From: Mobula hypostoma
Lineage: Eukaryota
Direction of reading: 5' to 3'
NCBI RefSeq assembly: GCF_963921235.1
Contig: NC_086097.1
Coordinates: 66,032,001-66,096,000, forward strand
Length of the DNA stretch: 64,000 nt
The notes beneath the pieces were generated by a model that made no database searches, was not told the origin of the DNA, and saw only the letters and a program-made list of their open reading frames with translations. Position numbers and translations under genes: made by a program. Shown here piece by piece: positions 61,101 to 64,000 of this stretch; within the stretch, counting starts at the first letter, position 1, and each line of letters begins with the position of its first letter.

Positions 61101-64000
61101 GGGCGAGGCGAGGCTGCAGGCTGGAGACTAGTGGCGAGGCGAGGCTGGAGACTAGATGTGAGGCTGGAGGCTGGACTCTAGGGGCGAGGTGAGGCTGGAG
61201 ACTAGGGGCGAGGCTGGAGGCTGGAGACTAGAGGCGAGGCTGGAGGCTGGAGACTAGGGGCGAGGCTGGAGACTAGAGGCGAGGCTGGAGATGAGAGGCA
61301 ATGCGAGATTGGAGTTTGGAGATTAGGGGCGAGGCGAGGCTGCAGGCTGGAGACTAGTGGCGAGGCGAGGCTGGAGACTAGAGGCGAGGCTGGAGACTAG
61401 GGGCAAGGCTGGAGGCTGGAGACTAGGGGCGAGGCTGGAGGCTGGAGTCGAGGGGCGGGGCCAGGCTGGAGACAAGGGGCGGGGCGATGCTGGAGGCTGG
61501 AGACTAGGGGCGAGGCTGGAGGCTGGAGTCAAGGGGCGGGGCGAGGCTGGAGACAAGGGGTGGGGCGATGCTGGAGGCTGGAGACTAGGGGCGAGGCTGG
61601 AGGCTGGAGACCAGGAGCGAGGCGAGGCTGGAGGCTGGAGACTAGGGGCGAGGCGAGTCTGGGGGCTGGAGACCAGGGGTGAGGCGGGGCTGGAGGCTGG
61701 AGACCAGGGGCGAGGCGAGGCTGGAGACTGGATGCGAGGCTGGAGGCTGGAGACTAGGGGCGGGGCGAGGCTGGAGACAAGGGGTGAGGCTGGAGGCTGC
61801 AGACTATGGGCGAAGCGAGGCTGGAGACTATGGGCGAGGCGAGGCTTGAGACTAGGGGCGAGGCTGGAGGCTGGAGACCAGGGGCGAGGTGAGGCTGCAG
61901 GCTGGAGACCAGGGGCGGGGCGAGGCGAGGCTGGATGTTGGAGACCAGGGGTGAGGCGGGGCTGGAGGTTGGAGACTAGGGGCGGGGCGAGGCTGGAGGC
62001 TGGAGACTGGGGGCGAGGCTGGAGGCTGGAGACTGGAGGCGAGGCTGGAGACCAGGGGCGAGGCGAGGCTGTAGGCTGGAGACTAGGGGCAGGGCGAGGC
62101 TGGAGGGTGGAGACTGGAGGCGAGGCTGGAGACTAGGGGCGAGGCGAGTCTGGGGGCTGGAGACCAGGGGCGAGGCGGGGCTGGAGGCTGGAGAGCAGGG
62201 GCGAGGCTGGAGGATGCAGACCAGAGGCAACGTGAGGCTGTAGGGTGGAGACTAGGGGCGAGGCTAGAGGCTGGAGACAAGGGGCGGGGCGAGGCTGGAG
62301 ACAAGGGGCTGGGCGAGGCTGGAGGCTGGAGACCAGGGGCGAGGCGAGGCTGGAGGCTGGAGACCAGGGGCGGGGCGAGGCGAGGCTGGAGGTTGGAGAC
62401 CAGGGGTGAGGCGGGGCTGGAGGTTGCAGACTAGGGGCGGGGCGAGGCTGGAGGCTGGAGGCTGGAGACTGGAGGCGAGGCTGGAGACTAGGGGCGAGGC
62501 GAGTCTGGGGGCTGGAGACCAGGGGTGAGGCGGGGCTGGAGGCTGGAGACCAGGGGCGAGGCGAGGCTGGAGACTGGAGGTGAGGCTGTAGGCTGGAGAC
62601 TAGGGGCGGGGCGAGGCTGGAGACTAGGGGCGGGGCGAGGCTGGAGGCTGGAGACTAGGGGCGAGGCTAGAGGCTGGAGACTAGGGGCGAGGCTAGAGGC
62701 TGGAGACAAGGGGCGGGGCGAGGCTGGAGACAAGGGGCGGGGCGAGGCTGGAGGCTGGAGACTAGGGGCGAGGCTGGAGGCTGGAGACCAGGGGCGAGGC
62801 GAGGCTGGAGGCTGGAGACCAGGGGCGGGGCGAGGCGAGGCTGGAGGTTGGAGACCAGGGGTGAGGCGGGGCTGGAGGTTGGAGACTAGGGGCGGGGCGA
62901 GGCTGGAGGCTGGAGGCTGGAGACTGGAGGCGAGGCTGGAGACTAGGGGCGAGGCGAGTCTGGGGGCTGGAGACCAGGGGTGAGGCGGGGCTGGAGGCTG
63001 GAGACCAGGGGCGAGGCGAGGCTGGAGACAAGGGGCGGGGCGAGGCTGGAGGCTGGAGACTATGGGCGAAGCGAGGCTGGAGACTATGGGCGAGGCGAGG
63101 CTTGAGACTAGGGGCGAGGCTGGAGGCTGGAGACTGGGGGCGAGGCTGGAGGCTGGAGACTGGAGGCGAGGCTGGAGACTAGGGGCGAGGCGAGGCTGGG
63201 GGCTGGAGACCAGGGGCGGGGCGAGGCGAGGCTGGAGGTTGGAGACTAGGGGCGAGGCTGGAGGCTGGAGACTGGGGGCGAGGCTGGAGGCTGGAGACTG
63301 GAGGCGAGGCTGGAGACTGGGGGCGAGGCTGGAGGCTAGAGACTAGGGGCGAGGTTGGAGACTAGGGGCGTGAACAGGCTGTAGGCTGGAGATTAGGGGC
63401 GAGGCGAGGCTGCAGGCTGGAGACTAGTGGCGAGGCGAGGCTGGAGACTAGATGTGAGGCTGGAGGCTGGAGACTAGGGGCGAGGTGAGGCTGGAGACTA
63501 GAGGCGAGGCTGGAGGCTGGAGACTAGGGGCGAGGCAACGCTGGAGACTAGGGGCGAGGCTGGAGACTAGAGGCGAGGCTGGAGATGAGAGGCAATGCGA
63601 GATTGGAGGTTGGAGATTAGGGGCGAGGCGAGGTTGCAGGCTGGAGACTAGTGGCGAGGCGAGGCTGGAGACTAGAGGCGAGGCTGGAGACTAGGGGCGA
63701 GGCTGGAGGCTGGAGACAAGGGGCGGGGCGAGGCTGGAGGCTGAAGACTAGGGGCGAGGCTGGAGGCTGGAGGCTGGAGACCAGGGGCGAGGCGAGGCTG
63801 GAGGCTGGAGACCAGGGGCGGGGCGAGGCGAGGCTGGAGGTTGGAGACCAGGTGTGAGACCGGGCTGGAGGTTGGAGACTAGGGGCGGGGCGAGGCTGGA
63901 GGCTGGAGACTGGGGGCGAGGCTGGAGGCTGGAGACTGGAGGCGAGGCTGGAGACTAGAGGCGAGGCTGGGGGCTGGAGACCAGGGGCGAGGCGGGGCTG
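37170..64000. repeat. G-rich satellite array (at least 26.8 kb), core GGGGCGAGGCTGGAGACTA, with higher-order repeats
   Basis: Continuous tandem variants of a 19-bp core with optional GCGAG (+5) and GCTGGAG (+7) inserts. Identical ORF-track translations recur at 2.2, 3.0 and 3.33 kb spacing. The array runs off the window end. Confidence 0.97.

Noticed and set aside
37170..64000. Dozens of Arg/Gly/Trp- or Pro/Ser-rich ORFs
   Set aside because: Translations of satellite DNA, with no domain content or gene structure.
37170..64000. Immunoglobulin switch region or Chi-site array
   Set aside because: The dominant word is GAGGCT rather than the AGCT of switch regions, and no Ig exons are present. 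GCTGGAGG only resembles bacterial Chi, which has no established role here.

Overview
Vertebrate genomic DNA, most likely a cartilaginous fish (inferred from the repeat content). The left half carries the conserved MIPOL1/FOXA1 gene pair in convergent orientation: the last coding exon of MIPOL1 (+, 6810-6876) and a complete two-exon FOXA1 gene (-, 20393-20464 and 18547-19749, about 424 aa). They sit in a CpG-retaining, transposon-poor regulatory domain. From about 26 kb the window becomes a nest of mobile elements. First is a 33-bp minisatellite amplified from the 3' tail of a CR1 LINE, interrupted by a 1.55-kb TG..CA solo-LTR-like element with a 5-bp TSD and an internal 42-bp VNTR. Next is a decayed CR1 LINE (+), followed tail-to-tail by a HERO-like RLE non-LTR retrotransposon (-). 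A second, inverted copy of the LTR-like family interrupts that retrotransposon at 36792. In this second copy the position of the internal VNTR is occupied by a G-rich satellite of at least 26.8 kb with 2.2-3.3 kb higher-order repeats, running off the window end. The most striking observations are satellite birth inside an LTR, the apparent four-level nesting, a CpG-decayed minimal hammerhead ribozyme at 1901-1937, and a uORF whose stop overlaps the FOXA1 start. No CRISPR array, tRNA or rRNA was found.
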